Of a stretch of DNA of 46,847 nt, positions 27,838 through 38,547 are shown in pieces. The number at the start of each line of letters is the position of its first letter. The stretch's first letter is position 1. Origin of the DNA: a virus (lineage: Duplodnaviria > Heunggongvirae > Uroviricota > Caudoviricetes); the IMG/VR virus record IMGVR_UViG_2923318301_000001, positions 1-46,847 of that record; one strand, given 5' to 3'. The translations under genes were made by a program, and so were the position numbers. The notes under the pieces were generated by a model. That model was not told the origin of the DNA and searched no databases. It worked only from the letters and a program-made list of their open reading frames with translations.

Positions 27838-28227
27838 ATGATGTTTCTGAAACAGGGCACGTTTAATTATGAAAAACAGTCCGTGGTGCTCAGTGAGCTG
27901 TCCGGGCTGCAGAGAATTGAATATCTGGCGTTTGTTCAGCAGCGAACGGCAAAGTTTGATGCCGGGGAGGGAGAACTGCCGGAGGCTGAACGACAGATTG
28001 CTTTTCTGCGGATGGGGATGGATATCAATGCCTGGCTGGTTTCCCGCTCACTGTGGAATGCGGATCAGTCTAAGGATGTAGAGACGCTTTGCGCATCCGT
28101 TATTACAACATGGTCGTATGATGCCCTGGGTGCGGGGGCGGAGATGGTTCTGTCGCTGAGCGGTATGGGGGCCATTGATAATGCCGGGGATGATGAGCAT
28201 GAGGCGCTGACGCCGGAAAAGTCCTGA
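27838..28227 (+). CDS. G: Tail assembly chaperone G
   Basis: 129 aa from ATG at 27838; lambda G-like (SELSGLQRIEYLA); ends just after a putative slippery site. Confidence 0.8.
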   Translation: MMFLKQGTFNYEKQSVVLSELSGLQRIEYLAFVQQRTAKFDAGEGELPEAERQIAFLRMGMDINAWLVSRSLWNADQSKDVETLCASVITTWSYDALGAGAEMVLSLSGMGAIDNAGDDEHEALTPEKS

Positions 28228-28565
28228 CGCGGGAAATGCAGTTTGTCATGCGGCTTGCCCGGGAGTTCCGGCGGGCAGACTGGCGGCGGATGCTGTCGGA
28301 AATGTCGGCCACTGAGCTTGGTGAGTGGGGCGATTATTTCCGGATGCAGAGCTTCAGTGATGTGTGGATGGATGCGCAGTTTGCCTCGCTGAAGGCATTG
28401 ATCGTGAGAATGGTGTCCGGCAGCAGTGATGCTGCGGTGGCTGATTTCAGCCTTTTACCGGAAGAGAACGGGATACCGGAGCGAACGGACGAAGAACTGA
28501 TGCATCTTGGAGAAGGTATTTCCGGAGGTGTGCGTTATGGACCAGATAGCCAACCTGGTCATTGA
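28215..28565 (+). CDS. T: T segment of the G-T tail chaperone, expressed by -1 frameshift from G
   Basis: Open -1 frame from 28203 to 28565 with no own ribosome-binding site; heptamer GGAAAAG at 28215..28221 one base different from lambda GGGAAAG. Confidence 0.65.
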   Translation, partial: GKVLTREMQFVMRLAREFRRADWRRMLSEMSATELGEWGDYFRMQSFSDVWMDAQFASLKALIVRMVSGSSDAAVADFSLLPEENGIPERTDEELMHLGEGISGGVRYGPDSQPGH

Positions 28566-31500
28566 TTTGGGGATTGATGCGGCAGAGTTTAAAAATGAAA
28601 TTCCCCGTATCAAAAACCTTCTGAATGGTGCCGCCAGCGATGCAGAACGGTCTTCTGCCCGTATGCAGCGTTTTATGGAGCGTCAGACTCAGGCCGCCCG
28701 GCAGACAACGCAGGCGGCTTCTTCGGCTGCAACAGCCGCCTCCGTCCATGCGCAGACGGTGGAGAAGAACGCACAGGCTCATGAACGCATGGCTCGCGAG
28801 GTGGAGAAAACCCGCCAGCGCATGGAGGCGCTGAGCCAGAAAATGCGCGATGAACAGGCGCAGGCCATGGCTCTGGCGGAGGCTCAGGATAAAGCGGCTG
28901 CTGCGTTTTATCGTCAGATTGACAGTGTGAAACAGGCCAGTGCGGGGCTGCAGGAATTACAGCGTATTCAGCAGCAGATCCGACAGGCCAGACACAGTGG
29001 CGGGATTGGTCAGCAGGATTATCTGGCGCTGATTTCTGAGGTTACGGCGAAAACCCGTGTTCTTACACAGGCTGAGGAAGAGGCTACCCGACAGAAAGTG
29101 GCGTTTATCCGTCAGCTTAAAGAGCAGGCAACCCGCCAGAATCTTTCTTCTTCTGAGTTGCTTCGTGCTAAGGCTGCCCAGCTGGGGGTAAGCAGTGCTG
29201 CAGAAGTGTATATCCGCAAAATGGAGCAGGCAGGAAAAGCCACGCATTCGCTGGGTCTGAAAAGTGCAGCGGCCCGCCAGGAGATAGGCGTTCTGATAGG
29301 TGAACTGGCTCGCGGCAATTTAGGTGCGCTGAGGGGATCCGGGATAACGCTGGCTAACCGTGCCGGATGGATAGACACACTGATGTCACCGAAAGGCATG
29401 ATGCTGGGCGGGGTTATTGGCGGTATTGCCGCGGCCGTCTATGGTCTGGGTAAAGCCTGGTATGACGGTCAGAAGGAGGGGGAAGAATTTAACCGCCAGT
29501 TGTCGCTGACGGGGCATTATGCCGGAGTCACTGCCGGGCAGCTGTGGACGCTTAGTCGTGCTATTTCCGGGAATGGTATCACGCAACATGCTGCAGCCGG
29601 TGCGCTGGCTCAGGTGGTGGGGAGTGGTGCATTTCGTGGAAACGATATCGGTATGGTGGCGAGAGCTGCCGCACAGATGGAGCGATCGGTTGGCCAGTCG
29701 GTCAGCGATACCATAAATCAGTTTAAGCGGCTGAAGGATGATCCTGTAAATGCCGCGAAGGCTCTGGACAATGAGCTGCATTTTCTTACTGCCACTCAGC
29801 TTGAGCAGATACGTGTCCTTGGGGATCAGGGACGGTCCAGTGATGCTGCACGGATAGCCATGTCTGCACTGGCAGAGGAAACCGGTCGGCGTACTGCGGA
29901 TATTGATAATAACCTCAATGCGCTTGGCAGTACGCTGAAGTATCTGTCTGATTTGTGGAGTCGTTTCTGGGATGCGGCCATGAATATTGGTCGTGAAGAC
30001 TCGCTGGATGAACAGATTGCCGCTTTACAGGAGAAAGTGTCGCGGGCGAAAAGACTCCCCTGGACGGCATCATCTTCTCAGGTTGAATACGATCAGCAGC
30101 GTCTTAACGATCTTCAGGAGAAAAAACGCCAGAAGGATTTGCAGGATGCAAAAGAGCAGGCAGAGCGGAATTATCAGGAGCAACAGAAACGACGTAATGC
30201 TGAAAATGCTGCACTGAACCGGATGAATGAAACGGAAGCAGCACGACATCAGCGTGAAATTGCGCGTATTAATGCCATGCAGTACGCCGACCAGGCTGTC
30301 AGGGATGCGGCGATACAACGTGAAAATGAACGTTACGAGAAAGCCCTGGCATCCGGTAAGAAAAAAACACGCGAAACCCGTAATGATGAGGCCACCCGGT
30401 TATTGCTGCAGTACAGTCAGCAACAGGCACAGGTGGAAGGGCAGATTGCTGCTGCAAGACAGTCAGCAGGCATTGCCACTGAAAAGATGACAGAAGCGCA
30501 TAAACAGCTTCTGGCTCTGCAGCAGCGCATCAGCGACCTGGACGGGAAAAAACTGACGGCAGATGAAAAGAGTGTGCTGGCCCGTAAAGATGAACTGATT
30601 CAGGCACTGACGCTGCTGGATGTAAAACAGCAGGAGCTTCAGAAACAGACGGCACTCAACGAGCTGAAGAAAAAAACAATTCAGCTGACCAGTCAACTGG
30701 CTGAAGAAGAGCGCGCTCAGCGTCAGCAACATGACCTGGATATCGCCACGGTGGGTATGGGTGATCAGCAGAGGCAGCGATATCAGGTACAACTGAGTCT
30801 TCGCCAGAAATACCAGCAACAGCTGGAGCAGTTGAGGCGGGATAGTGAGCAGAAAGGGACATATAACACGGATGACTACAGAAAGGCCGAGCAGGCGCTG
30901 ACGGAGAGCCTGAACCGACAACTGAATGAGAATCGCCGTTATTGGCAACAGCTTGAAATTGCTCAGGGTAACTGGAAAAACGGTGCTATGCGGGCGTTTC
31001 AGAATTTCACGGCAGATGCGGATAATGCGGCAGGCACTGCTGAGCAGATGCTTACAGCGGCATTTAACAGTGCAGGTAATGCACTGGCAACGTTCTGTAC
31101 TACCGGAAAACTGAACTTCAAATCTTTTACCGCCTCGCTCCTTTCTGATCTGGCAAAAATCATGGCTCAGATGTCCATGATGCAGGCAGTTAAGGGGATT
31201 GGTTCGGCGTTTGGCTGGGGGAGTGCAGCAACTGCCAGTGTGACGCCCAATGCTGATGGTGGTGTTTATCAGTCTGCTGATTTGAGTCGCTACAGTGGCA
31301 CGGTGGTTAACCGTCCGACGTTTTTTGCTTTTGCAAAAGGTGCAGGTGTGATGGGGGAAGCTGGGCCTGAAGCCATTCTGCCTCTGCGTCGTGGTGCTGA
31401 CGGTAAGCTGGGGGTTGTGGCGGATATTGGTGGTTCAGGTATGGCGATGTTTGCCCCGCAGTACAACATCGAGATCAATAACGATGGCACGAACGGGCAG

Positions 31501-31611
31501 ATAGGTCCGGCTGCCCTGAAGGTGGTTTATGACCTCGGGAAAAAAGCAGCAGCGGACTTTATGCAACAGCAGTCCCGTGATGGTGGTCTGTTCTCCGGAG
31601 GTGGACGATGA
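28537..31611 (+). CDS. H: Tail tape measure protein (lambda H-like)
   Basis: 1024 aa from ATG at 28537 (GGAGG ribosome-binding site); long coiled-coil Q/A/E/R-rich body, glycine-rich C-terminus. Confidence 0.9.
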   Translation: MDQIANLVIDLGIDAAEFKNEIPRIKNLLNGAASDAERSSARMQRFMERQTQAARQTTQAASSAATAASVHAQTVEKNAQAHERMAREVEKTRQRMEALSQKMRDEQAQAMALAEAQDKAAAAFYRQIDSVKQASAGLQELQRIQQQIRQARHSGGIGQQDYLALISEVTAKTRVLTQAEEEATRQKVAFIRQLKEQATRQNLSSSELLRAKAAQLGVSSAAEVYIRKMEQAGKATHSLGLKSAAARQEIGVLIGELARGNLGALRGSGITLANRAGWIDTLMSPKGMMLGGVIGGIAAAVYGLGKAWYDGQKEGEEFNRQLSLTGHYAGVTAGQLWTLSRAISGNGITQHAAAGALAQVVGSGAFRGNDIGMVARAAAQMERSVGQSVSDTINQFKRLKDDPVNAAKALDNELHFLTATQLEQIRVLGDQGRSSDAARIAMSALAEETGRRTADIDNNLNALGSTLKYLSDLWSRFWDAAMNIGREDSLDEQIAALQEKVSRAKRLPWTASSSQVEYDQQRLNDLQEKKRQKDLQDAKEQAERNYQEQQKRRNAENAALNRMNETEAARHQREIARINAMQYADQAVRDAAIQRENERYEKALASGKKKTRETRNDEATRLLLQYSQQQAQVEGQIAAARQSAGIATEKMTEAHKQLLALQQRISDLDGKKLTADEKSVLARKDELIQALTLLDVKQQELQKQTALNELKKKTIQLTSQLAEEERAQRQQHDLDIATVGMGDQQRQRYQVQLSLRQKYQQQLEQLRRDSEQKGTYNTDDYRKAEQALTESLNRQLNENRRYWQQLEIAQGNWKNGAMRAFQNFTADADNAAGTAEQMLTAAFNSAGNALATFCTTGKLNFKSFTASLLSDLAKIMAQMSMMQAVKGIGSAFGWGSAATASVTPNADGGVYQSADLSRYSGTVVNRPTFFAFAKGAGVMGEAGPEAILPLRRGADGKLGVVADIGGSGMAMFAPQYNIEINNDGTNGQIGPAALKVVYDLGKKAAADFMQQQSRDGGLFSGGGR

Positions 31612-31937
31612 AAACCTTCCGCTGGAAAGTGAAACCCGGTATGGATGTGGCTTCGGCCCCTTCTGTAAGAAAGGTGCGCTTTGGTGATGGCTATTCCCAG
31701 CGAGCGCCTGCCGGGCTGAATGCCAACCTGAAAACGTACAGCGTGACGCTTTCTGTCCCCCGTGAGGAGGCCACGGTACTGGAGTCGTTTCTGGAAGAGC
31801 ACGGGGGCTGGAAAGCCTTTCTGTGGACGCCGCCTTATGAGTGGCGGCAGATAAAGGTGACCTGCGCAAAATGGTCGTCGCGGGTCAGTATGCTGCGTGT
31901 TGAGTTCAGCGCAGAGTTTGAACAGGTGGTGAACTGA
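31608..31937 (+). CDS. M: Minor tail protein M
   Basis: 109 aa; lambda M-like; ATGA overlap with H. Confidence 0.85.
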   Translation: MKTFRWKVKPGMDVASAPSVRKVRFGDGYSQRAPAGLNANLKTYSVTLSVPREEATVLESFLEEHGGWKAFLWTPPYEWRQIKVTCAKWSSRVSMLRVEFSAEFEQVVN

Positions 31938-32635
31938 TGCAGGATATCCGGCAGGAAACACTGAATGAATGCACCCGTGCGGAGCAGTCGGCCAGCGTGG
32001 TGCTCTGGGAAATCGACCTGACAGAGGTCGGTGGAGAACGTTATTTTTTCTGTAATGAGCAGAACGAAAAAGGTGAGCCGGTCACCTGGCAGGGGCGACA
32101 GTATCAGCCGTATCCCATTCAGGGGAGTGGGTTTGAACTGAATGGCAAAGGCACCAGTACGCGCCCCACGCTGACGGTTTCTAACCTGTACGGTATGGTC
32201 ACCGGGATGGCGGAAGATCTGCAGAGTCTGGTCGGCGGAACGGTGGTCCGGCGTAAGGTTTACGCCCGTTTTCTGGATGCGGTGAACTTCGTCAACGGAA
32301 ACAGTGACGCCGATCCGGAGCAGGAGGTGATCAGCCGCTGGCGCATCGAGCAGTGCAGCGAACTGAGCGCGGTGAGTGCCTCCTTTGTACTGTCCACGCC
32401 GACGGAAACGGATGGCGCTGTTTTTCCGGGACGTATCATGCTGGCCAACACCTGCACCTGGACCTATCGCGGTGATGAGTGCGGTTATCACGGTCCGGCA
32501 GTCGCGGATGAATATGACCAGCCGACGTCCGATATCACGAAGGATAAATGCAGCAAATGCCTGAGCGGCTGTAAGTTTCGCAATAACGTCGGCAACTTTG
32601 GCGGCTTCCTTTCCATTAACAAACTTTCGCAGTAA
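31937..32635 (+). CDS. L: Minor tail protein L
   Basis: 232 aa; lambda L-like with C-terminal Cys cluster. Confidence 0.85.
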   Translation: MQDIRQETLNECTRAEQSASVVLWEIDLTEVGGERYFFCNEQNEKGEPVTWQGRQYQPYPIQGSGFELNGKGTSTRPTLTVSNLYGMVTGMAEDLQSLVGGTVVRRKVYARFLDAVNFVNGNSDADPEQEVISRWRIEQCSELSAVSASFVLSTPTETDGAVFPGRIMLANTCTWTYRGDECGYHGPAVADEYDQPTSDITKDKCSKCLSGCKFRNNVGNFGGFLSINKLSQ

Positions 32636-32639
32636 TCCC

Positions 32640-33383
32640 ATGACAGAGACAGAATCAGCGATTCTGGCGCACGCCCGGCGATGTGCGCCAGCGGAGTCGT
32701 GCGGCTTCGTGGTGAGAACGCCGGAGGGGGAAAGATATTTTCCCTGCGTGAATATCTCCGGTGAGCCGGAGGAGTATTTCCGGATGTCGCCGGAGGACTG
32801 GCTGCAGGCAGAAATGCAGGGTGAGATTGTGGCGCTGGTCCACAGTCACCCCGGTGGTCTGCCCTGGCTGAGTGAGGCCGATCGGCGGCTGCAGGTGCAG
32901 AGTGATTTGCCGTGGTGGCTGGTCTGCCGGGGGGCGATTTACAAGTTCCGCTGTGTGCCACATCTTACCGGGCGGCGCTTTGAGCACGGGGTGACGGACT
33001 GTTACACGCTGTTCCGGGATGCTTACCATCTGGCGGGGATTGAGATGCCGGATTTTCATCGCGAGGATGACTGGTGGCGTAACGGTCAGAATCTCTATCT
33101 GGATAATCTGGAGGCCACAGGGCTGTATCAGGTGCCGTTGTCAGCGGCGCAGCCGGGCGATGTGCTGCTGTGCTGTTTTGGTTCATCGGTGCCGAATCAT
33201 GCCGCCATTTACTGTGGTGACGGCGAGCTGCTGCACCATATTCCTGAACAACTGAGCAAACGAGAGAGGTATACCGACAAATGGCAGCGACGCACACACT
33301 CCCTCTGGCGTCACCGGGCATGGCACGCATCTGCCTTTACGGGGATTTACAACGATTTGGTCGCCGCATCGACCTTCGTGTGA
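32640..33383 (+). CDS. K: Tail assembly protein K (NlpC/P60-JAB-like)
   Basis: 247 aa from ATG at 32640; HSHPGG motif; lambda K-like. Confidence 0.85.
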   Translation: MTETESAILAHARRCAPAESCGFVVRTPEGERYFPCVNISGEPEEYFRMSPEDWLQAEMQGEIVALVHSHPGGLPWLSEADRRLQVQSDLPWWLVCRGAIYKFRCVPHLTGRRFEHGVTDCYTLFRDAYHLAGIEMPDFHREDDWWRNGQNLYLDNLEATGLYQVPLSAAQPGDVLLCCFGSSVPNHAAIYCGDGELLHHIPEQLSKRERYTDKWQRRTHSLWRHRAWHASAFTGIYNDLVAASTFV

Positions 33384-33922
33384 AAACGGGGGCTGAAGCC
33401 ATCCGGGCGCTGGCCACGCAGCTTCCGGCGTTTCGCCAGAAACTGAATGATGGCTGGTATCAGGTGCGCATTTCCGGGCGTGATGCAGGCGAAAACGAAT
33501 TATCTGCCCGTCTTAATGAGCCGCTGGCAAATGGTGCCGTGATCCACATCGTACCGCGTCTGGCGGGTGCCAAAAGTGGCGGTATTTTTCAGGCAGTGCT
33601 GGGTGCGGCGCTAATTGCTACGGCAATCTGGATGCCGGGGCTTAGTATTGTTGCAAGTAATCTCATGTTCTCTCTTGGGGCAGGTATGGTTTTAGGCGGT
33701 GTTGCGCAGATGCTGGCACCGAAAGCCAAAACGCCTAAAGTGTCAGCCACTGATAACGGTAAGCAAAATACCTATTTTTCCTCATTGGATAACATGGTTG
33801 CCCAGGGCAATGTCCTGCCTGTTCTGTACGGTGAAATGCGCGTGGGGTCACGTGTGGCATCTCAGGAGATCAGCACGGCAGATGAAGGGGATGGTGGTCA
33901 GGTTGTGGTAATTGGGCGGTAA
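33281..33922 (+). CDS. I: Tail assembly protein I
   Basis: 213 aa; N- and C-terminal blocks match lambda I (MAATHTLPLASPGMARICLYGDLQRFGRRIDL ... NVLPVLYGEMRVGSRV); overlaps K as in lambda. Confidence 0.8.
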   Translation: MAATHTLPLASPGMARICLYGDLQRFGRRIDLRVKTGAEAIRALATQLPAFRQKLNDGWYQVRISGRDAGENELSARLNEPLANGAVIHIVPRLAGAKSGGIFQAVLGAALIATAIWMPGLSIVASNLMFSLGAGMVLGGVAQMLAPKAKTPKVSATDNGKQNTYFSSLDNMVAQGNVLPVLYGEMRVGSRVASQEISTADEGDGGQVVVIGR

Positions 33923-33994
33923 TATTATTTACTCATGTTCTAACTGATTTAATATTTATATCGAACACTGATAATTATTCTGTTGGTTAGCTAT

Positions 33995-34333
33995 ATGAAC
34001 AAAACGATTTTATTCTGCACGATTATTGCCTTAACAGGATGTAAATCTTTGGATTACGTAAAATCCGGCAAGCCTGTAATGGAAGGTAATTCATTAAAAA
34101 ATATTGATGAATTGTCAGGCTGCATATCCAGACAATGGGCTGGTAATGGAACACCTATAACATCCATTCCTATTGAGAATGGGGTAAGCCTTTTAGTTCC
34201 ACAGGCTATGGGTGGGTATGATGTTGTGCTTGATATCAAAAAAGCAGGAAATGGCAGTAGTTTTACTCTTTATGAACGCGTACCAGCATTAACGCCAAAA
34301 ATTTTTGCTGATAGTGTTAATGCATGTAAATAA
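33995..34333 (+). CDS. Lipoprotein moron inserted between I and J
   Basis: 112 aa from MNKTILFCTIIALTGC (signal peptide plus lipobox); AT-rich gene with its own upstream AT-rich region and downstream terminator. Confidence 0.65.
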   Translation: MNKTILFCTIIALTGCKSLDYVKSGKPVMEGNSLKNIDELSGCISRQWAGNGTPITSIPIENGVSLLVPQAMGGYDVVLDIKKAGNGSSFTLYERVPALTPKIFADSVNACK

Positions 34334-34357
34334 TAGTTAATCCTGCCGTAACTCATG

Positions 34358-34387
34358 AGCCGCCTTTTGGGCGGCTTTGTTGTTTAT
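34358..34387 (+). terminator. Intrinsic terminator after the lipoprotein moron
   Basis: Stem agccgcc / ggcggct, loop ttttg, then T-rich tttgttgttt. Confidence 0.55.
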
Positions 34388-34399
34388 GGAGTGTGAGGA

Positions 34400-37300
34400 A
34401 TGGGTAAAGGTAGCAGTAAGGGGCATACCCCGCGCGAAGCGAAGGACAACCTGAAGTCCACGCAGCTGCTGAGTGTGATCGATGCCATCAGCGAAGGGCC
34501 GGTTGAAGGTCCGGTGGATGGATTAAAAAGCGTGCTGCTGAACAGTACGCCGGTGCTGGACACTGAGGGGAATACCAACATCTCCGGTGTCACGGTGGTG
34601 TTCCGTGCCGGTGAGCAGGAGCAGACACCGCCGGAGGGGTTTGAATCCTCCGGCTCCGAGACGGTGCTGGGTACGGAAGTGAAATATGACACGCCGATCA
34701 CCCGCACCATTACGTCTGCAAACATCGACCGTCTGCGCTTTACCTTCGGCGTGCAGGCACTGGTGGAAACCACCTCAAAGGGGGACCGGAATCCGTCGGA
34801 AGTCCGCCTGCTGGTTCAGATCCAGCGTAATGGTGGCTGGGTGACGGAAAAAGACATCACCATTAAGGGCAAAACCACCTCGCAGTATCTGGCCTCGGTG
34901 GTGGTGGGTAACCTGCCGCCGCGCCCGTTCAATATACGGATGCGCAGGATGACGCCGGACAGCACCACAGACCAGCTGCAGAACAAAACGCTCTGGTCGT
35001 CATACACCGAAATCATCGATGTGAAACAGTGCTACCCGAACACGGCACTGGTCGGCGTGCAGGTGGATTCGGAGCAGTTCGGCAGCCAGCAGGTGAGCCG
35101 TAATTATCATCTGCGCGGGCGCATTCTGCAGGTGCCGTCGAACTATAACCCGCAGACGCGGCAATACAGCGGTATCTGGGACGGAACGTTTAAGCCAGCA
35201 TACAGCAACAACATGGCCTGGTGTCTGTGGGATATGCTGACCCATCCGCGCTACGGCATGGGGAAACGTCTTGGTGCGGCGGATGTGGACAAATGGGCGC
35301 TGTATGTCATCGGCCAGCATTGCGATCAGTCGGTGCCGGACGGTTTTGGCGGCACAGAGCCGCGCATCACCTGTAATGCGTACCTGACCACACAGCGCAA
35401 GGCGTGGGATGTGCTCAGTGATTTCTGCTCTGCGATGCGCTGTATGCCGGTATGGAACGGGCAGACGCTGACGTTCGTGCAGGACCGACCGTCGGATAAG
35501 GTGTGGACCTATAACCGCAGTAATGTGGTGATGCCGGATGATGGTGCGCCGTTCCGCTACAGCTTCAGCGCCCTGAAGGACCGCCATAATGCCGTTGAGG
35601 TGAACTGGATTGACCCGAATAACGGCTGGGAGACGGCGACAGAGCTTGTGGAGGACACGCAGGCCATTGCCCGTTACGGTCGTAACGTCACGAAGATGGA
35701 TGCTTTTGGCTGTACCAGCCGGGGGCAGGCACACCGCGCCGGGCTGTGGCTGATTAAAACAGAACTGCTGGAAACGCAGACCGTGGACTTCAGCGTGGGT
35801 GCCGAAGGGCTTCGCCATGTACCGGGCGATGTCATTGAAATCTGCGATGATGACTATGCCGGTATCCGCACCGGCGGGCGCGTGCTGGCGGTAAACAGCC
35901 AGACCCGGACGCTGACGCTCGACCGTGAAATCACGCTGCCATCTTCCGGCACCACGCTGATAAGCCTGGTTGACGGGCAGGGGAGTCCGGTCAGCGTGGA
36001 GGTTCAGTCCGTCACCGACGGCGTGAAGGTGAAAGTGAGCCGTGTTCCTGACGGCGTTGCTGAATACAGCGTATGGGGGCTGAAGCTGTCGACGTTGCGC
36101 CAGCGCCTGTTCCGCTGCGTGAGTATCCGTGAGAACGACGACGGCACGTATGCCATCACCGCCGTGCAGCATGTACCGGAAAAAGAGGCCATCGTGGATA
36201 ACGGGGCGCACTTTGACGGCGACCAGAGCGGCACGGTAAATGGTGTCACGCCGCCAGCGGTGCAGCACCTGACCGCAGAAGTCACCGCAGACAGCGGGGA
36301 ATACCAGGTGCTGGCGCGCTGGGACACGCCGAAGGTGGTGAAGGGCGTGAGCTTCCTGCTTCGCCTGACCGTGGCAGCGGATGACGGCCGTGAGCGGCTG
36401 GTCAGCACGGCCCGGACGACGGAAACCACTTACCGCTTCACACAACTGGCTCTGGGGAACTACAGGCTGACAGTCCGGGCAGTAAATGCGTGGGGGCAGC
36501 AGGGCGATCCGGCGTCGGTATCGTTCCGGATTGCCGCACCGGCAGCGCCGTCGCGGATTGAGCTGACGCCGGGCTATTTTCAGATAACCGCCACGCCGCA
36601 TCTTGCGGTTTATGACCCGACGGTACAGTTTGAGTTCTGGTTCTCGGAAAAACGGATTGCGGATATCAGGCAGGTTGAAACCAGCGCGCGTTATCTTGGT
36701 ACGGCACTGTACTGGATAGCCGCCAGTATCAATATCAAACCGGGCCATGATTATTATTTTTACGTTCGCAGTGTGAACACCGTTGGCAAATCGGCATTCG
36801 TGGAGGCTGTCGGTCGGGCGAGCGATGATGCGGAAGGTTACCTGGATTTTTTCAAAGGCAAGATAACCGAATCCCATCTCGGTAAAGAGCTGCTGGAAAA
36901 AGTTGATCTGACGGAGGATAACGCCAGCAGACTGGATGAGTTTTCGAAAGAGTGGAAGGACGCTAACGATAAATGGAATGCCATGTGGGGCGTCAAAATT
37001 GAGCAGACCAAAGACGGCAAACATTATGTCGCGGGTATTGGCCTCAGCATGGAGGACACGGAGGAAGGCAAGCTGAGCCAGTTTCTGGTTGCCGCTAACC
37101 GTATCGCGTTTATTGACCCGGCAAACGGGAATGAAACGCCGATGTTTGTGGCGCAGGGCAACCAGATATTCATGAACGACGTGTTCCTGAAGCGCCTGAC
37201 AGCCCCCACCATTACCAGCGGTGGCAGTCCTCCGGTATTTTCCCTGACATCAGACGGAAAGCTGACCGCTAAAAATGCGGATATCAGTGGTAGTGTGAAT

Positions 37301-37813
37301 GCGAACTCAGGAACGCTCAACAATGTCACGATTAACCAGAACTGTACGATTAAGGGCATGCTGGAGGCGACCCAGGTCAGAGGGGATTTCGTTAAAGCTG
37401 TATCAAAAGCCTTCCCGAAAAAAGTCGGTACGTGGGGTAACACGGAAACACCAAACGGTACGGTTACAGTCACCATCAGCGATGATCATAACTTTGACCG
37501 CCAGATTATTATTCCGCCCATTATTTTTAACGGTATAGCGTATGACGATCCGGGGAGCGGAAATAACCCAGGAGGCACGCGATACACGGGTTATGGTTTT
37601 GAAGTTCGCAAAAACGGCGTATTAATCGCATCCAGAGAAACTAAAGGGGCCATTCCCGGTAGTTACAGTGCAGTTATTGATATGCCGAGTGGCAGGGGAA
37701 GCGTCACTCTGGAGTTTAAGATTTTCCAGAAAGGCAATCAGGGGGCAGGCAATATCACCGACTGTACGGTGATTGTGACCAAAAAAGCCGCTTCCGGCAT
37801 CAGTATTCGTTGA
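34400..37813 (+). CDS. J: Central tail fibre / host specificity protein J
   Basis: 1137 aa; collinear with lambda J in length and recognisable blocks. Confidence 0.95.
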   Translation: MGKGSSKGHTPREAKDNLKSTQLLSVIDAISEGPVEGPVDGLKSVLLNSTPVLDTEGNTNISGVTVVFRAGEQEQTPPEGFESSGSETVLGTEVKYDTPITRTITSANIDRLRFTFGVQALVETTSKGDRNPSEVRLLVQIQRNGGWVTEKDITIKGKTTSQYLASVVVGNLPPRPFNIRMRRMTPDSTTDQLQNKTLWSSYTEIIDVKQCYPNTALVGVQVDSEQFGSQQVSRNYHLRGRILQVPSNYNPQTRQYSGIWDGTFKPAYSNNMAWCLWDMLTHPRYGMGKRLGAADVDKWALYVIGQHCDQSVPDGFGGTEPRITCNAYLTTQRKAWDVLSDFCSAMRCMPVWNGQTLTFVQDRPSDKVWTYNRSNVVMPDDGAPFRYSFSALKDRHNAVEVNWIDPNNGWETATELVEDTQAIARYGRNVTKMDAFGCTSRGQAHRAGLWLIKTELLETQTVDFSVGAEGLRHVPGDVIEICDDDYAGIRTGGRVLAVNSQTRTLTLDREITLPSSGTTLISLVDGQGSPVSVEVQSVTDGVKVKVSRVPDGVAEYSVWGLKLSTLRQRLFRCVSIRENDDGTYAITAVQHVPEKEAIVDNGAHFDGDQSGTVNGVTPPAVQHLTAEVTADSGEYQVLARWDTPKVVKGVSFLLRLTVAADDGRERLVSTARTTETTYRFTQLALGNYRLTVRAVNAWGQQGDPASVSFRIAAPAAPSRIELTPGYFQITATPHLAVYDPTVQFEFWFSEKRIADIRQVETSARYLGTALYWIAASINIKPGHDYYFYVRSVNTVGKSAFVEAVGRASDDAEGYLDFFKGKITESHLGKELLEKVDLTEDNASRLDEFSKEWKDANDKWNAMWGVKIEQTKDGKHYVAGIGLSMEDTEEGKLSQFLVAANRIAFIDPANGNETPMFVAQGNQIFMNDVFLKRLTAPTITSGGSPPVFSLTSDGKLTAKNADISGSVNANSGTLNNVTINQNCTIKGMLEATQVRGDFVKAVSKAFPKKVGTWGNTETPNGTVTVTISDDHNFDRQIIIPPIIFNGIAYDDPGSGNNPGGTRYTGYGFEVRKNGVLIASRETKGAIPGSYSAVIDMPSGRGSVTLEFKIFQKGNQGAGNITDCTVIVTKKAASGISIR

Positions 37814-37883
37814 AATATTTATAACCCCAATAAAGGGCGTCAGGAATGACGCCTTTTTTATTGCAGAAAAGCGAGAGGTAATT

Positions 37884-38483
37884 ATGCGTAAAGTTTGTGC
37901 AGCAATTTTGTCCGCAGCCATTTGTCTGGCCGTATCCGGTGCGCCTGCATGGGCGTCTGAACATCAGTCCACGCTGAGCGCGGGGTATCTTCATGCCTCG
38001 ACGAACGTCCCCGGCAGTGATGATCTGAACGGGATTAACGTGAAATACCGTTATGAGTTTACGGACACACTGGGGCTGGTGACGTCATTCAGCTATGCAG
38101 GAGACAAGAATCGCCAGCTGACCCGTTACAGCGATACCCGCTGGCATGAAGATTCCGTTCGTAACCGCTGGTTCAGCGTAATGGCGGGGCCGTCTGTGCG
38201 CGTAAATGAATGGTTCAGCGCGTATGCGATGGCGGGTGTAGCTTACAGCCGTGTGTCGACTTTCTCCGGGGATTATCTTCGCGTAACTGACAACAAGGGG
38301 AAAAAGCACGATGTGCTGACCGGAAGTGATGACGGTCGCCACAGCAACACGTCTCTGGCGTGGGGGGCTGGCGTGCAGTTTAACCCGACCGAATCCGTGG
38401 CCATTGATATTACTTATGAAGGCTCCGGCAGTGGTGACTGGCGCACTGACGGTTTCATCGTGGGTGTCGGTTATAAATTCTGA
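37884..38483 (+). CDS. lom: Outer membrane protein Lom (Ail/Lom family)
   Basis: 199 aa; signal peptide, beta-barrel pattern, C-terminal GYKF; lambda Lom-like. Confidence 0.9.
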   Translation: MRKVCAAILSAAICLAVSGAPAWASEHQSTLSAGYLHASTNVPGSDDLNGINVKYRYEFTDTLGLVTSFSYAGDKNRQLTRYSDTRWHEDSVRNRWFSVMAGPSVRVNEWFSAYAMAGVAYSRVSTFSGDYLRVTDNKGKKHDVLTGSDDGRHSNTSLAWGAGVQFNPTESVAIDITYEGSGSGDWRTDGFIVGVGYKF

Positions 38484-38510
38484 TTAGCCAGGTAACACAG
38501 TGTTATGACA

Positions 38511-38536
38511 GCCCGCCGGTTCAGGCGGGCTTTTTT
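38511..38536 (+). terminator. Intrinsic terminator after lom
   Basis: Stem gcccgcc / ggcgggc, loop ggttca, then TTTTTT. Confidence 0.7.
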
Positions 38537-38547
38537 GTGGGGTGAAT

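Noticed and set aside
28625-31490. Multiple antisense and out-of-frame ORFs inside the tape measure gene (e.g. 30463..30948 -, 29386..29781 -)
   Set aside because: Shadow ORFs typical of a long biased coding region; the sense frame is continuous and collinear with a tape measure protein.
35000-37024. 674-aa minus-strand ORF antisense to J
   Set aside because: Completely contained within the J gene; translation is Arg/His/Pro-rich; J is unambiguous on the plus strand.
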